This document shows positions 11,794 to 25,355 of a DNA stretch of 64,000 bases, piece by piece. The translations under genes and the position numbers were made by a program. The stretch is from Podarcis melisellensis (taxonomy: Eukaryota). The stretch lies in assembly GCA_964234715.1 (NCBI GenBank), contig OZ174281.1, one strand, 5' to 3'. Within the stretch, counting starts at the first letter, position 1; each line of letters opens with the position of its first letter. A model generated the notes under the pieces. That model saw only the letters and a program-made list of their open reading frames with translations. It ran no database searches and was not told the origin of the DNA.

Positions 11794-13004
11794 TCAGGGA
11801 TGATACTGTGCTCACCAAGAGAATTGCACTGTTTATCACATCATCACATATGGCCAACTGAAACAACTAACAGTTTGATTAATCTCGGAATTAAGCTCAC
11901 AGATTTAGCAGTGAAAATGGTGTGGACGCATGATTACTAACCGAAATGTCCCTACCAAGATAGGTAAGGAAAGGCTCACTTTCTGTAACACGTCAAAAGT
12001 GCACTTTAAGCAGCTGCTGAGAAAAGGCGAAACAAAATAACTACTTCTGAGAGTACTAGTACAATCCAGTTTGTACCAACTGGTATAATGGTCAAGTCTT
12101 GAAATTGGGAGGGACTCTTTTTGTTTTCAAATCAGGTGGCAACTTCTACTGATTTTGCTTAGGCATATATACCTCTGATATGGGGATCCTGCTTTGCACT
12201 TAGGACCTTAAATCATAACTGATTATCTTCCAGCACATGCCAGACCTATAATTCTAAAGATGCTTCTACATAATACTTCACAACACATTAGAGCTTTTTG
12301 TGATATCTGAGTCAGGTTTGATCATAATTAAGAAAGGAAAGAATATGGAAGACAGAGTGATAGTAAATTCTAGGCAACGTAATTTGCCGATACAGGTTTT
12401 CAGTAAAACTACACAAATGCTTTTAGCCTTTTAACTTTCCTGCCACCATATTACTATAACTTTTTTTTAATTGCTCATATTTATTACCCTGTTTTTCGAT
12501 CAAGATACTCTTTTGAAAATTACAAGGCTAGGATCCTGTCCTACTACTAATAAAGGTTTCATCTCCCCCATCCTTTAAATATAAAAACATTCTGGTACTT
12601 TTATCTGTTTCTTCACAATTTACCACTTCTCGTAAAATTGCCAACGAACAGTAACTTCTTGTGTATTTAGCCCTCAGAACACTGTTTACAGTAAATTAAG
12701 ACTAAAAATTCCCCTGTGGGGAAAGATAGTAGTAGAACCAGTTTAGGATGTGCATGGAGGCACTGAGGTGCGTGCCTTGATCTTGAAAGGTTGTTTTTAA
12801 TGAGTGCTTCAGATTCTTGTGTCTTTGAAAATTAGGGTTAAATGAATAGGCCAAAGGGATGTACTAAGTTATTGGCAGGACTACGAAGAAATCTCAGGAG
12901 CCCAGATTCCAAGTCTCTAGCTCTATCTACAATGCCATAATATATTCAGCATCATTTACAGTCCATGTACTTGTCAAATGTGCATCAGCATTTTAAACAC
13001 TTAC

Positions 13005-13205
13005 TGTCATAAGCAGTTTCTCTACACAGTCAGGAGACACACTGTGCAAATGGGTCAAATGCAGCTGAAGATGCATTTTGTTGCTCAGGACATCTTGGCA
13101 GAGGGGACAGCAGATAACAGGCTGCATAGAATGCTGTGACAGGACGTGCATCTGGATACGATTTGGGTCCCTGCTATTGTAGTTACAATAAGGGCACTGG
13201 TAAAA
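13005..13205 (-). CDS. ZFHX4: ZFHX4 coding exon (about exon 8), 201 nt, two C2H2-type fingers
   Basis: Encodes [67 protein letters not shown]. Acceptor tttttcag|TTT, donor ACA|gtaagt. Phase 0-0. Confidence 0.96.
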
Positions 13206-13981
13206 CTGAAAAACATCCAAGAAAGATTCAGCCCATTAGACAAAGCTTGCTTAACGCCCTGAGCAAATCATCTGTCACTACAGTATTACTAGCCCTCTTT
13301 TCAAGATGGTGCATCTTCTCCTGTCGCCTGCCATCAATTCCTCACTACCTTCAGCCTCTATCAATACCCAGATACACAACTCACATGGGAAGACCACTGC
13401 CATGAAAAAAGGTGCAGGTTTAGAAGGAAGGGGGAGACCTGGCTAGTCATGGGGGGGGGGGGGTTGGCAGCAAAAGAAGAATTTGGATACCGTGTAAGTG
13501 AACTCCTTAGCTTATACGGTTTTATAATTTTTATCTCATGACATCTGTTATTTTATAACACAGTATCTATTGAGTGGCCGGTCAGGAATCAACTAGAAAG
13601 AAATAATGCACCTGTGGCTTAAAATATCAGATAATGGTAGCTGGGGCAAGTTTTGGACATGTTCTCTTTGGGATTCTGGATTTTTAATTATTTTCCTCTG
13701 TAGGTCTCCCAAACATCCAAACATGCATATATAGTGCTTTGGTAACTAGTTCTGACATAAGGATTTGTTTCTTATGATACATGTGGGCCCTTTTATCTTT
13801 TTGCAACACTGACAAGGTCAGGAAGATGAACTAGGGGGACAAGGTTTTCCAGCTGGTCTGAGTTGGCAGGGCCAACACAGCCCCCGATGAATTAGCATGA
13901 CATAGGAATTCACCCCCCAAATATTTATGACATAAGAAAGACAATGCTACAAGGCAGTAAGGATCTAACAATACACTTTAC

Positions 13982-14115
13982 CTGTTCGTGACCAAACTTA
14001 TTTTCCTCAGAAAGTTTGGACTTTTTGGGTGCGCCATCTTCTTCTTTAGCCGGAAGTAGTGGTTGTTCCCCTGCTGCAGTAATTACTTTTGGTTCCTTCT
14101 CTGGTGTGTTTACTC
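13982..14115 (-). CDS. ZFHX4: ZFHX4 coding exon (about exon 7), 134 nt (not in ORF track)
   Basis: Manual translation gives (G)VNTPEKEPKVITAAGEQPLLPAKEEDGAPKKSKLSEENKFGHEQ, which resembles the recalled vertebrate ZFHX4 segment TPEKELKV...QPLLLAKEED...KFCHEQ. Acceptor gaagcag|GA, donor CAG|gtaaag. Phase 1-0. Confidence 0.92.
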
Positions 14116-16954
14116 CTGCTTCCGAGACAACATGTAAAAATACATTATAAAGAGCTAACAGATTGCTGGGTTTACTGTGACTGCAACCCCTTAGGGTGTC
14201 TTATTGCAATTTTAAATATTGCAGGGCTCCTTATTAAAGTTAAACCATTTTTGAAACTGAACAGGTACAAAGGTGACAGCACACTTATCTCTGAAGCAGA
14301 GCAGACTCTATAAATACATTAAAAATGTACTCTTCTCTCTTGTTTAGATAACCTTATGTTGCTCTAAACAGTAATCAATAACTAGCTCTCTCTAGTATCT
14401 CAGTCTGAAATTTTATACCACATTAAGAGAAACAAGTTTCACCTTCAATTCTTTGCTCTTCATTTAATTTGCAAGCATTTAAATATTACTTCCCCCTTTA
14501 AAATATTGAAGGAGCACAATTATTATGTTATTCAAATAAAGCCACAACATTACCAAATTTAGTAACCCCTATGAAAAAAGGAAGGTTATTGAACAGCTAA
14601 AAATTAATTGTACACAAAGATCAGTCTTCTTTGTTGCATTGAATGTTTACCTGATGTTTAAATGTTTCTACAATGTTTTTAAAAGCAATAATAGTATTAT
14701 TATTTTAATATATTTTTAACAGTATGTATTAAATTATATATTTAATATTCAGTCTGAGCTAGCTGCATAATACAGTGAGGATTGCACACATCAAAGAAAA
14801 GAGTGCAATTCTAATTTCCCAGTCCATAAGAAAATTCTTTCCAGTGTCAATTTGCCAGATAATCTCTTCTGCTAGGCTGGATANNNNNNNNNNNNNNNNN
14901 NNNNNNNNNNNNNNNNNNNNNNNNNNNNNNNNNNNNNNNNNNNNNNNNNNNNNNNNNNNNNNNNNNNNNNNNNNNNNNNNNNNNNNNNNNNNNNNNNNNN
15001 NNNNNNNNNNNNNNNNNNNNNNNNNNNNNNNNNNNNNNNNNNNNNNNNNNNNNNNNNNNNNNNNNNNNNNNNNNNNNNNNNNNNNNNNNNNNNNNNNNNN
15101 NNNNNNNNNNNNNNNNNNNNNNNNNNNNNNNNNNNNNNNNNNNNNNNNNNNNNNNNNNNNNNNNNNNATTGTCCAGGGGTAATCTGACTGTATGTTGTGC
15201 ATGAAGATTTATCTTGATTTTCAAAATCCACATGGAGTTCACATAAATGAACAAATTGAACCTTGTTGTCTAATAACCTAGCTTTAATTTTAAAATAAGG
15301 TTATGGCAATTACTGAAACAAAAGCTAAAAAAAATACTTGTAGAAAATATCAGGAAAGCAGGACCTTGAGAGGATGACAAGAATGGCTATATAGTTACCT
15401 TTGAAAAATGGGGGCATCATTTGAAAAAATATATAAAACACTGTACTAATTAAGAAGACATATTATGAAAGGACCAAATATATATTTTTGTGTAGGTACT
15501 TTTTAAATATATGAATGCAGTTTATGATAAATGCATTGAACGGATTCCTGTATTTCATCCCTATTGTTAAATTTAATTAGGAACACACTAGTATTGGTGG
15601 TAAAAGTATCTTCTCTGACATTTTTAACAGAATGACTGATTGATCAACATGAACACAATAGATTGCATAGTAATAGCCAGGGCCTTGCCTTTGGTTAAGG
15701 AACTACATTATTTTAAGACCAAAAATATATGATTTCTCAGTCATTCCAACTTTAAGCCATATTAAATATTTGCATTATTGGAACACTGTATTAAACACAG
15801 AAGCATGATAACTTACTTCTGATTCACTTGTGGCAACACACCCCTGCACTTCCTATAAATCAACAGGATGGCATTTTAAGTGACTTTTTTTAAAAAAAGG
15901 AAAGACCTATGAGAAACAAGGAGCCAAAAGGTTTTGTAAAAGGTGGTGAAGATCTACTCCATGCATTGGAAAGCTACACCAGTTGGTGTCTACCTTGGCT
16001 GTGAATTCTGGGAGATCTGTTCCCTGCCTTGCAGGCTTTTCCCACCTAGCCTGGGAGGGTGGGGCCCTCACTGACTCCAGCTACAGAAGCTGAGGCTGGG
16101 GAAGAGGCCAGAAGACTGCCTCTTGGTGCAAACCCAGGTCACCAAGCCTGAGCTCCCACAGCCATCACCATGAACCACCATTGGCAGGACTGACAGACTT
16201 AAGATAATATTTTTAGTCTCTTCCTAATTGTGCTGTTTTAAATGTGCACTTTATATCTGACTTCCCCTTTTAATGTTAAGATGATTTTTTTGGGGGGGGG
16301 GGTTCACTTTGCTGCGTCAAATGTGCATTCCAAATTTATCTCCTTTGCAATTTCAAAATCTTTAAATGTAAATAAGAACAATTAAAGCATTTAAAAGACA
16401 ACAGTAGCAAACTAAAAATTCAAGCAGATAGGAGATCATACCTTAAAAGCTGACTGAAATAAAAGCCAGCTAAAGACGGATAAAGGCAGAGCTTAGCTCT
16501 GGGAAGGTAGGTAGATTCTCTTTTTCTACCTATCTGACATCACCTTATCTGATCTCACAGTCTGGGCAAATTAGGAATGTAGCAATAGGAAAACTGGTAT
16601 GCCCATCAACAATCAAAGCACCATGCAGGGCTCTTTATAAACCTCATACAGAGATTCCTGCAATGCACTTTGGAGTCCCACCAATCACACTTCAGAAGCC
16701 AGAAGTGCAGCACTTTAGAAGCCCTGCTGATCACCTGATTGGCAGGGCTTCAGAAACCCATTTTGGCTCAGCCTAGCCATGTTTTTAGCTGCTTGCATTG
16801 GAAATCATATATGACATCACTGATGTGCAGGTGGAATGTGGCTTGGACAAAATGGCCTGGTTGGCGTCATTAGGCCTGCAACCATCCCTAGTGCACACTG
16901 GCCACTAGGGTTTCAGACAGGAGTTTTCTTCTGTTGCAGATGCCAGGGATTGAA

Positions 16955-17007
16955 TCTGGGACCTTTTGCATTCAAGCCATGTGCTCTACTACAGAGCTAC
17001 AACCCTT
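16955..17007 (-). mobile_element. tRNA-derived SINE head remnant
   Basis: tgccagggattgaatctgggaccttttgcattcaagccatgtgctctactacagagctac is the reverse complement of a tRNA-like A-box/B-box head. Confidence 0.6.
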
Positions 17008-19090
17008 TGTATGATAGCAGACACTTTCTGTGGCAATGCGGGTATAAGCCATTTAATACGATACTAGACAATACAAGCACTTAAACATCTGCCTCAGAAA
17101 CAAATGGGCATCCAATACAGATGAAGATCGATCTATACACTCTGATCTTTTAGTGCCATACAGCAGCCTGGCAACATCAACTGAATTTTCCAGACTGTGT
17201 TTGAGGACAGCCCATAGAGAACATATTAACTCTGTGTGGAAGTGACAAGCCAGATCACCTTCTCCAGGAAAGGCTGGTGATGAATTAGCTGAAGTTAGTA
17301 AAAGACACTCATAGTGCCCACTCAAGTGACAGACTAAAAAGTACCCCAGGTTGCACAACCACTACTTCAAGGGAGCACTTATACCAGGAATTTAGCCCAC
17401 TTAATTCTGTATTATTCTGAATATGTTTCTGTTTGTCTACCTAGTCCTGAACCAACTTCACACACTGGTTTGTTAGCAACACTTCCTCCCTGGGATTAGA
17501 AAATGAAAACAGGCAGACTAGTGATGACACTTCAACCTACCTCCAGTTAACCTATCTCAGGGGTTTTGTGCAGATGTTAAAAAGCATGGGGAAGAAGCTG
17601 GAACGCTGTTCCATGGGGTAAAATAGCAGTCTCCCAGCACCACATTGAGTCCCTCTCGGGAATAAGCAGAACCACTTCCAGAAAATTCAACCATCACACC
17701 CCACATAAACCAGTCCTCCAGCCAAGTACAAACTCTAGCAAAGGACAAACACCAAGAGCAATCAAGGCAGTTTCTGTTCCAAAACCTGATTGGAAAGGAT
17801 CTTACTATCAGCATGGACCAGAGATGTCACCACATACTTCAAGCTTTTACCCAAAATGGTAGGTTTGATACTGGATGTGAGATGTTAGGATTGTTCAGAT
17901 ATAAATTTATTTCCCTAAACCCCCACAACTCACCCCCAAATTATCTGAAACACTGCATCTTTCAAGGCTGCAAGCAGCCTCAATCAGAGAGCCATTAACA
18001 TATTTAGTGGTTGGCCTTAGTTCTTCAAATAACCTGGTCCATAACCTCTGGATGAACAAGTTACCAGATGGACCTCATGTTAAAACCATCTCTGATTCTA
18101 AGTGGTGTCTAAGTCAGAAACCATGAAAGTGATTTTATTTGTGCAATAGTTGGCAAATAGGTCCCAGCAGCTCTTCTTGCTGGCCATGATAAGAAAGACT
18201 TCTAACCACATGAAATAGGTCTGCTGCACAACACTGAAGAGATGCATATCAGGGCTGTGACAGTAGCCATGTTGTTGATATTGTGGTGTTTATTATTAAA
18301 TTAGTATACTGCCCGCCATTCGTAGATCTCAGGGCGGCTCACAATATAAAATTACAAGATAAAAACACACAAAATAATTATAAAATGTATTGTTGCAGTC
18401 TATATGGGTCAGAGAGTGCCATCATTGAATTTCTGCATATGACATTATACATTTTTTTCCAGAGAATTTTGCCTGAAAATCTGGTTTGATGACAAAATGC
18501 CTTTGAGGAAGCAGGAAAAATGTGCACAAAAAAACTCTTTCAGAAATGTCTCAGAGTTGACATGTCAATGTACCCCCTAAAACAAGAGCTACAGTGTTAA
18601 TCAAATCTATGATTTATACCAACTGAGAGTCACTTCTGATAATTGATATAATATTGAAAGATAAGTACTTTTGGAAATTTGTCACTACTAGACTCTCCTT
18701 TCATGCCAATCTGAACAAAAAACTTCATGCTGGATTCTCAAAATCATTTGTATTTGCAAAACAGACATTTGGCACACTCAATATGTCAATGCCCTTGAAC
18801 CACCACATGACACAAGATTAACAGTATTATGAACAATTCCTATACCTTAGGTGTTCATATCTGTAGGAAGCTTGATTGATGTTGCTGCTTTGATTTGACA
18901 CCTTGTTTAAAGGTTTTTGAATTTGGATTTGATAAGGCATTAAAATGCAGATATTTTTGGAAATCAAATGCCTAGTTATCATGTGAATACTATTTTCTAA
19001 CTTCCCATAGTCCTGTAAATTCTGAAAACCTATACAGTACATATACCCCAACAGAAACACCATGACCACCACATCTACATCAGTACTGAT

Positions 19091-20230
19091 AAGGACATAA
19101 GAAAGGCCTGCTGAATCAGACCAATGGCTCATCTAATGCACTGTCCTGTTATCACAGTGGCCAACCAAATGCCTTTATGAAACCTGCAAGCAGGACCCAA
19201 GCACAAGAACAGTCTTCCCCTACTCCCACTGTGGTTTATGGCAACTTGTATTCAGAAACATTACCACCTCTGACTGTGGAGACACAGCATAACCACCATG
19301 GTTAGTAGCAATTAATAGCCTTATAGCCCATGAAATTATCCAATCCTCTTTTAAACCCATCCAAGTTGGTGGCCATCACGGCCTCCTGTGGGAGCAAGAT
19401 CCGTAGTTTAACTATGTGCTGCATGAAGTAGTACTACCTTTTATGTTATGAATCTTCCAATATTCAGCTTCATTGGATGTCTACAAGTTCTATTGTTATG
19501 AGAGAGAAAGAAAATAATTCCTCTATCCACTTTCTCAATGCATAATTTCATAAACTTTAACAACTCTACAATATTCTTTTTAAAGTGAGACAACAAGAAC
19601 TGTACGCAGTATAATGGCACTATATTAACAGTTTTATTTTCCATTTATTTCTTAATGATTCCTAGCATGGAATTTGCTTTTTGTACAACTGCCACACACT
19701 GAGTTGACACCTTCATTGAGCTTTCCGTTATGGCTCCAATATTTCATTCTAGGTCAGTTCAGTCACCTCCAGTTCAGCTTCCAAAAGCATACAAGTGAAA
19801 TTAATACATTTTGTCCCAACATGCATCACTTTATACTTGTTACATTGAATTGCACCTGCCATTCTGTTGCCCATTCAAGAAGTTTGGAGAGATCCTTTTA
19901 GAACTCTTCAAAATCACTTATTGTTTTAATGACCCAGAACAATAGTATCATCTGAAAACCTGGTCACCTCACTGCGCACTGCTCACTCTCAACTGTTTAT
20001 GAACACATTAAAAAGCACAGGTCCCATTATGAATCCTTGGGGGTCTCTACTTTCTACCTTGTGAAAAGCTTTTTGAAAGCCCAAGTATACTATGTTAACT
20101 GGATCACTTCTATCTATATGTTTGTTGACATTACTAAAAAGCTAATAGGTTTGTGAGACATGACTTGGCATTGCAGAAGCCAGACTGTTTGTTATCTTAT
20201 CCTTCGCAATACTTTCCACCTATTTTTCTG
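19091..20230 (-). mobile_element. CR1 LINE 3' portion, degraded and internally deleted
   Basis: Starts with the squamate CR1 3' end cataagaaaggcctgctgaatcagaccaatggctcatcta...cacagtggccaacc, followed by antisense RT C-terminal remnants (ttaaacccatccaagttggtggccatcac; aaaagcacaggtcccattatgaatccttggggg). Confidence 0.78.
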
Positions 20231-20305
20231 GGATCACAAATACAAATACAGTATACCAAAGCATAGACCTGCTACCTCTACCACACTGGGATATCCAGTA
20301 CACTA

Positions 20306-20546
20306 CAGTGGTACCTTGGTTTGCATATGTCTTGGTTTGCATACGTCTTGGATTACAAACATGTCAAACCCAGAAGTGTGTGTCCCAGTTTGCAACCTTT
20401 TTTTGGATTACAACCCATTTCTTTGGGATTACGAACAATTCTTTTTGGGAGGCCCCGTTGGTGAAAGCGCGCCTTGGGTTACAACCTGTTTTGGTTAACA
20501 AATGGACCTCCGGAACGGATTATGGTTGTAAACCAAGGTACCACTG
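20306..20546. mobile_element. Tc1/mariner (pogo/Tigger-like) non-autonomous MITE, 241 bp
   Basis: Perfect 17-bp TIRs cagtggtaccttggttt (20306-20322 and 20530-20546); TA TSD at 20304-20305 and 20547-20548. Confidence 0.92.
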
Positions 20547-22575
20547 TACTACTTTTAGAACTGATATTCATTCATACTATTGTTTAACCACAGTTTGTTT
20601 CCTTCTATATAGCTAAATTGATAAGTGTTTACTTCTACAGGGTGATTCCCATAGTAGATGGCCCATCAGTACATGTTTCATCATAATACATGCATCAGGA
20701 AACAAATCTTCAGTTCCATTTTTGACATGTGTATTGGTAATAAAAATTACTTAAGTATAAGAATTAAATCTAAGAAAAACAAGATAAGCTTTTCTAGCAC
20801 AGTACTGCACAAGAACACACTAGTGTTCTTTCAAGGTTTCAGCACCTTAGCAAGATAAATTTAGATCATATGAGAGGTACCAGTACCTGTGCTATGAATA
20901 TGATACACTCAGCCATGGAAACTTTTTGCCCACATTCCAGATTTGTTATGACTATTCAGTGATGCAGGAAAACCATTTCAAAATTATTATTTCAAATGTC
21001 TGAGGTTTGAGCTCTGCAAATTAAATTTCCAGAACTAAAGGCAGGTAAGCCCTGTCTTCCATTAAGCCCCTGTTAAAATTAGAAAGAGGGTGGGGAGGAA
21101 ATCCCCTAGATAAATAACAAATATTTCTATACCTGATTGAAAGTGCTAGCTCTATTTTTTTTTATCATGGAGCAAGAGACAGGGGCATCTGTGTCTGGAA
21201 AGAGTGGCAGGAGCAAGTACTTCCAGCTAGAAAAAAATAGCTGTTACCATTTCATTTCTTAAATGTTAGAAGTTAGATGCATAATATTAGCAACACTTCA
21301 TATCCAAACAAAAAATGTGTAAAAACAGATATAAAATGGAGAACAAATTAACTGTATTTTAGCTGGGGTCACTGGAATGCTCTGCCTCTTAATCTATATC
21401 CATTAGAACCAATGCAGTACACAGACTAGGTCTAGTATGTTCTCTGTGTGGTGAATTTGGTATTTTAACAAGTTTCCTGTGAAGGGAGTGAGCCAAAGTT
21501 AAACCTTTGCACAACTAGCTGTTGCCAAAACAGCAGCAGTTTAAAGGGGTATGGTCTGATTTATGTGACACTTGTACTATTCATTGAACTGACAATGCAT
21601 TATTTAATAAGGAGATTTGGGAAAGTATAAATAATGCTTTTCTACATGTATATCACCTCTGCATCTTAAAGACAATTGGTAAGACAACTGCTGGTGGTTG
21701 CATAGATCTAAATTACTGTGTAACAAACACTTTTGTCTGCTTTATATTCCACATGTGGAAGGTACCCAAAATGCCTCCATGTTAACATGTTTAATTAACA
21801 TTGTGGGGCATAAATGCTAGTATTCGGCTTAATGTGACTATGCCCCATTTATGTTTAAGTCAAAAATTCTGGCTCAGAAAGCCACCATATGCACAAATGA
21901 TGGCACTTGCTTGCATTTCCTTTCCTACCACTTTGCCCCACCCATCGAATATGTGAGAAAAGAAACCAGGATTCAGCACTATTATTAAGGCTTCAAAACA
22001 AGCCAGGATATGGCTTAAAGCTGTCTTAACAATTTGGATTTATTTTTTTTAAGCCAGGGTTCACACATTATGAAAATGTATGGTTAATTCCTGGATCCTG
22101 GTTAATTTTGCCACATGTGAAAGGTGAAGAAAAGTCTTTGGAAAGGGGTTATCCGCAGGTGCAAGTCGTTTGACACTGAGCCAAGAGATTTGGTTTAGTT
22201 TCATGTGAGAATGCTGCCATTGTGATTTAGTTCCGTAGTGAAGAATGTGTCACATGAACATCAGCTGTTACCAAAATTGTGCAGCACTGGGATGAGCAAA
22301 TTCCATGTCATTGATTGATTCATGAGGTGACCAGAATATTATGCTGCACTGCCTGGTCCATGCTCACATGAGGGTTTAATATATGAAGTAGGCCTCAGAT
22401 GGAACACAATGCTCATGTAAGATCATCCCTGTTACCTATTTTTCTATGACAAATTATTTCTCATCCTATGTCTAATACGACTAATTATCAATCTTTTCTA
22501 CATTTTTGCACAAGTACTGAAACAGAAAAGTGATCCATCTAAGTGCAAAGCAGCACTGAATTAAAAATAAGCATT

Positions 22576-22667
22576 TAAGGCTGCAGCCCTATGCATGCCT
22601 AGCAAAGAGCAAGTTCTACTTAATACAGTGGGCTTTATGAGTAAACGTGTATGAGGGAGCGCTGTAA
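22576..22667. repeat. Short palindromic squamate MITE, degenerate
   Basis: taaggctgcagccctatgcatgcctag...aagttctacttaatacagtgggctttatgagtaaac...gctgtaa; same family as 1886 and 44293. Confidence 0.55.
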
Positions 22668-25232
22668 AAGTAGAATAGTCAGATGTAGGGATTCGCAGCA
22701 TTTTTTTAAAAAAAAAACTATGGAAAAGGGTTATGTTAATAAGTGTGGAAATTCAGTACATTGTGTGCAGAAATAAAAAAAGTACTAAAAAAAAACCCTA
22801 TAAGCATGCTGGTTCATTATTTATACTGAATTTGGTTTAAAATGTATAATTTAGAACTTCTGACATATTAGTCAAATCCAAAATAATTCTAAAATTATAA
22901 AACCTAGTACAGTAGTATTTCTAATTAGAGTAGAATTAAATGATAACTTTTATTACAATAATGAAGGTGAATTTCCATTGCTTCTTGTGTTTACTACTTT
23001 GTTAAATAGTGTTCCCCTTAGCCATGTCAGAAACATATTACATTTTCAATGCAAATGTATTAATCTGGGTAAATTCCATATTAATTCTTACACTACGTTG
23101 AGATGTAATTTGGATTATAATTAATCTAAAGTGGCACTAGATTTAAATGACAATATAAATGAGGCATTAGGAGGCTCTTGCCTTCTGAATGAATATTCAG
23201 CAAACATAGCTTGATTATTGCCAAGTCTCCGTTTGAAAGCCTCAGTTTGAGATAAGGAAGGCAAGGCAGAACAACAGTTTACAGAACTGTTTGGGCACTA
23301 AACATGTTAATCCTTCCTTTTCTAATAGATTTGATGCTAAAGAGTGGTGATAGTATTTTTCTGTCTAACTTGTTAAAGCTGTGATTAACATATTGGTTTT
23401 CCTGGGACTTCTTTGGCAAGATTTTCAACACTTAATTCAGGAGAAGAAAGCCCAAATTAACATTCAATTATACATAAGCAGTTATGTGGTCATTATGCAT
23501 AGTAGTTAGCTGTGCTGAGAATTAAGCCTTTTGAATGAATGCCTGATAATGCAGAATTAGTTTAGAGAGGTCTATCAAATAATTCAAAAGGAGAGATTGA
23601 GAATTTGAAATATGAATGATTTTCAAACTAAAACTATCTTGCACAGTTTTTTGGTTGCCGCTCTTCAGCAAACACTCCAGCATTGGTTGGTCCAAATTAA
23701 ACCTGGTCCATCCAAGAGTATAATTCTCATGGAATCTTAGAAATTTCCCCACACTCTTTCTACTGACAACCAGAAAACTAGGTGCATAAGATCTCTGAAA
23801 GATATTACAATGCTTTTTTGATGAAGCACGTGGAAAATGTTTCACAAGTGGCTTTGCCTATTTTTTTCATGACTCTTCCGTGTGGACTTAGTAATGAGCC
23901 TGAGCAGAAAGTTCTTCTGTCCATTACCTTTCTCAGAGAATGTATTTCAAGAAAGGGATAAGCATACTTAAAAAGAAGCCTACAAACATAGAGTCGCTGT
24001 AGACAGGTCTTCTTCAGTCCCTGGATTTCAAAAGCTAAATAAACTGAGTGCAACGTAGGCTTCTCAATGGTAATAGAGACTGGCCATAACATTTTGAAAA
24101 CCAAATGCAAGATGAGATTTATTCCTTAAATAAATATGGCATAAAGACCCATCAGTATCTTCACTATGTTTTAAACAATATTTTAGGAGTACCTTAAAAA
24201 ATATCAGCCAATTCAGTTTTTACTAAACTTGCATGTAAAATTGTATTTTCTGTATAACTAAACGTCTTTATAGTGAATACAAGCACTTTTATATGCTGCT
24301 GTCATTGGAATACAAGGGAAAGATATATGACTACCTGAAACTAATAGGCTTCAACCTGTTTCAGCACTTCTTCTGCTTCAATGAATCCAGCATAATGTAA
24401 CTAGGAATAGCGTGCAGCAGAAGTAGCCAATGTAATATTCATTGTGACCATAGATTTCCATCTCATACATAAAAAGCATGGATGAAGTCACATATTTGCC
24501 AAATCAAACACAGGAAAAGCCTTGTGTATCCATGCCAGATGCTGGCCTTGGGTTTGTTTGTGCACAAGTAAATGTCATGACATAAGAGTTTTGTTTTCAA
24601 AGACAGTAGCTTTCATTACTGGACTTTGTATATTCCCAGAGATCAATATTACCCAACTCATAATCCGTTTTCAATGATATTTCCTCTTTCTTAGGCTGAA
24701 TCATCTGTAAACTTTTTCACTGGATTTTCTGTATTCCCCCTCCCCCCAATTAAATACTAGATAAATGCCCAGGAAGAAGGAAGATTCCTGAATCTAAGTG
24801 ATCATATATCAAGAACAGGAGCTGGGGTGGGAGAAGAAGCTTTCCTACATTCTTAGGGCTGCAAGGCAAACAAAATTTGAAAGCAGGGAAAATTTTCAAG
24901 TGNNNNNNNNNNNNNNNNNNNNNNNNNNNNNNNNNNNNNNNNNNNNNNNNNNNNNNNNNNNNNNNNNNNNNNNNNNNNNNNNNNNNNNNNNNNNNNNNNN
25001 NNNNNNNNNNNNNNNNNNNNNNNNNNNNNNNNNNNNNNNNNNNNNNNNNNNNNNNNNNNNNNNNNNNNNNNNNNNNNNNNNNNNNNNNNNNNNNNNNNNN
25101 NNNNNNNNNNNNNNNNNNNNNNNNNNNNNNNNNNNNNNNNNNNNNNGATAATAACAGGAATGTCCAGACGGTTTTAAATGAAAGACTATTTAATAAGATT
25201 TTTTAAAGAGTGACAAAATTCTAGCATCTTAC

Positions 25233-25355
25233 CAGAGTCTTTACTAGCTTTTTTGCCTTCACTATTATTTCTCTCTTTCTCACACGTGTCTTTATCATCA
25301 GCAACAGACACTGATGAGCTTTTAGCAGACCCTTCTGCATCTTCAACTTGTTCTT
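25233..25355 (-). CDS. ZFHX4: ZFHX4 coding exon (about exon 6), 123 nt (120 nt if the distal AAG acceptor is used)
   Basis: Encodes (E)EQVEDAEGSAKSSSVSVADDKDTCEKERNNSEGKKASKDS(G). Acceptor tcattcgcag|AAG, donor TCTG|gtaaga. Phase 1-1, in frame with the 134-nt exon. Confidence 0.9.

Noticed and set aside
13862-13876. GTTGGC-AGG-GCCAAC palindrome as an NFI site
   Set aside because: The spacer is 3 nt, whereas the canonical NFI dyad needs TTGGC-N5-GCCAA.
14759-15254. Long X-containing ORFs here and at the other gaps
   Set aside because: Artefacts of translating N-runs.
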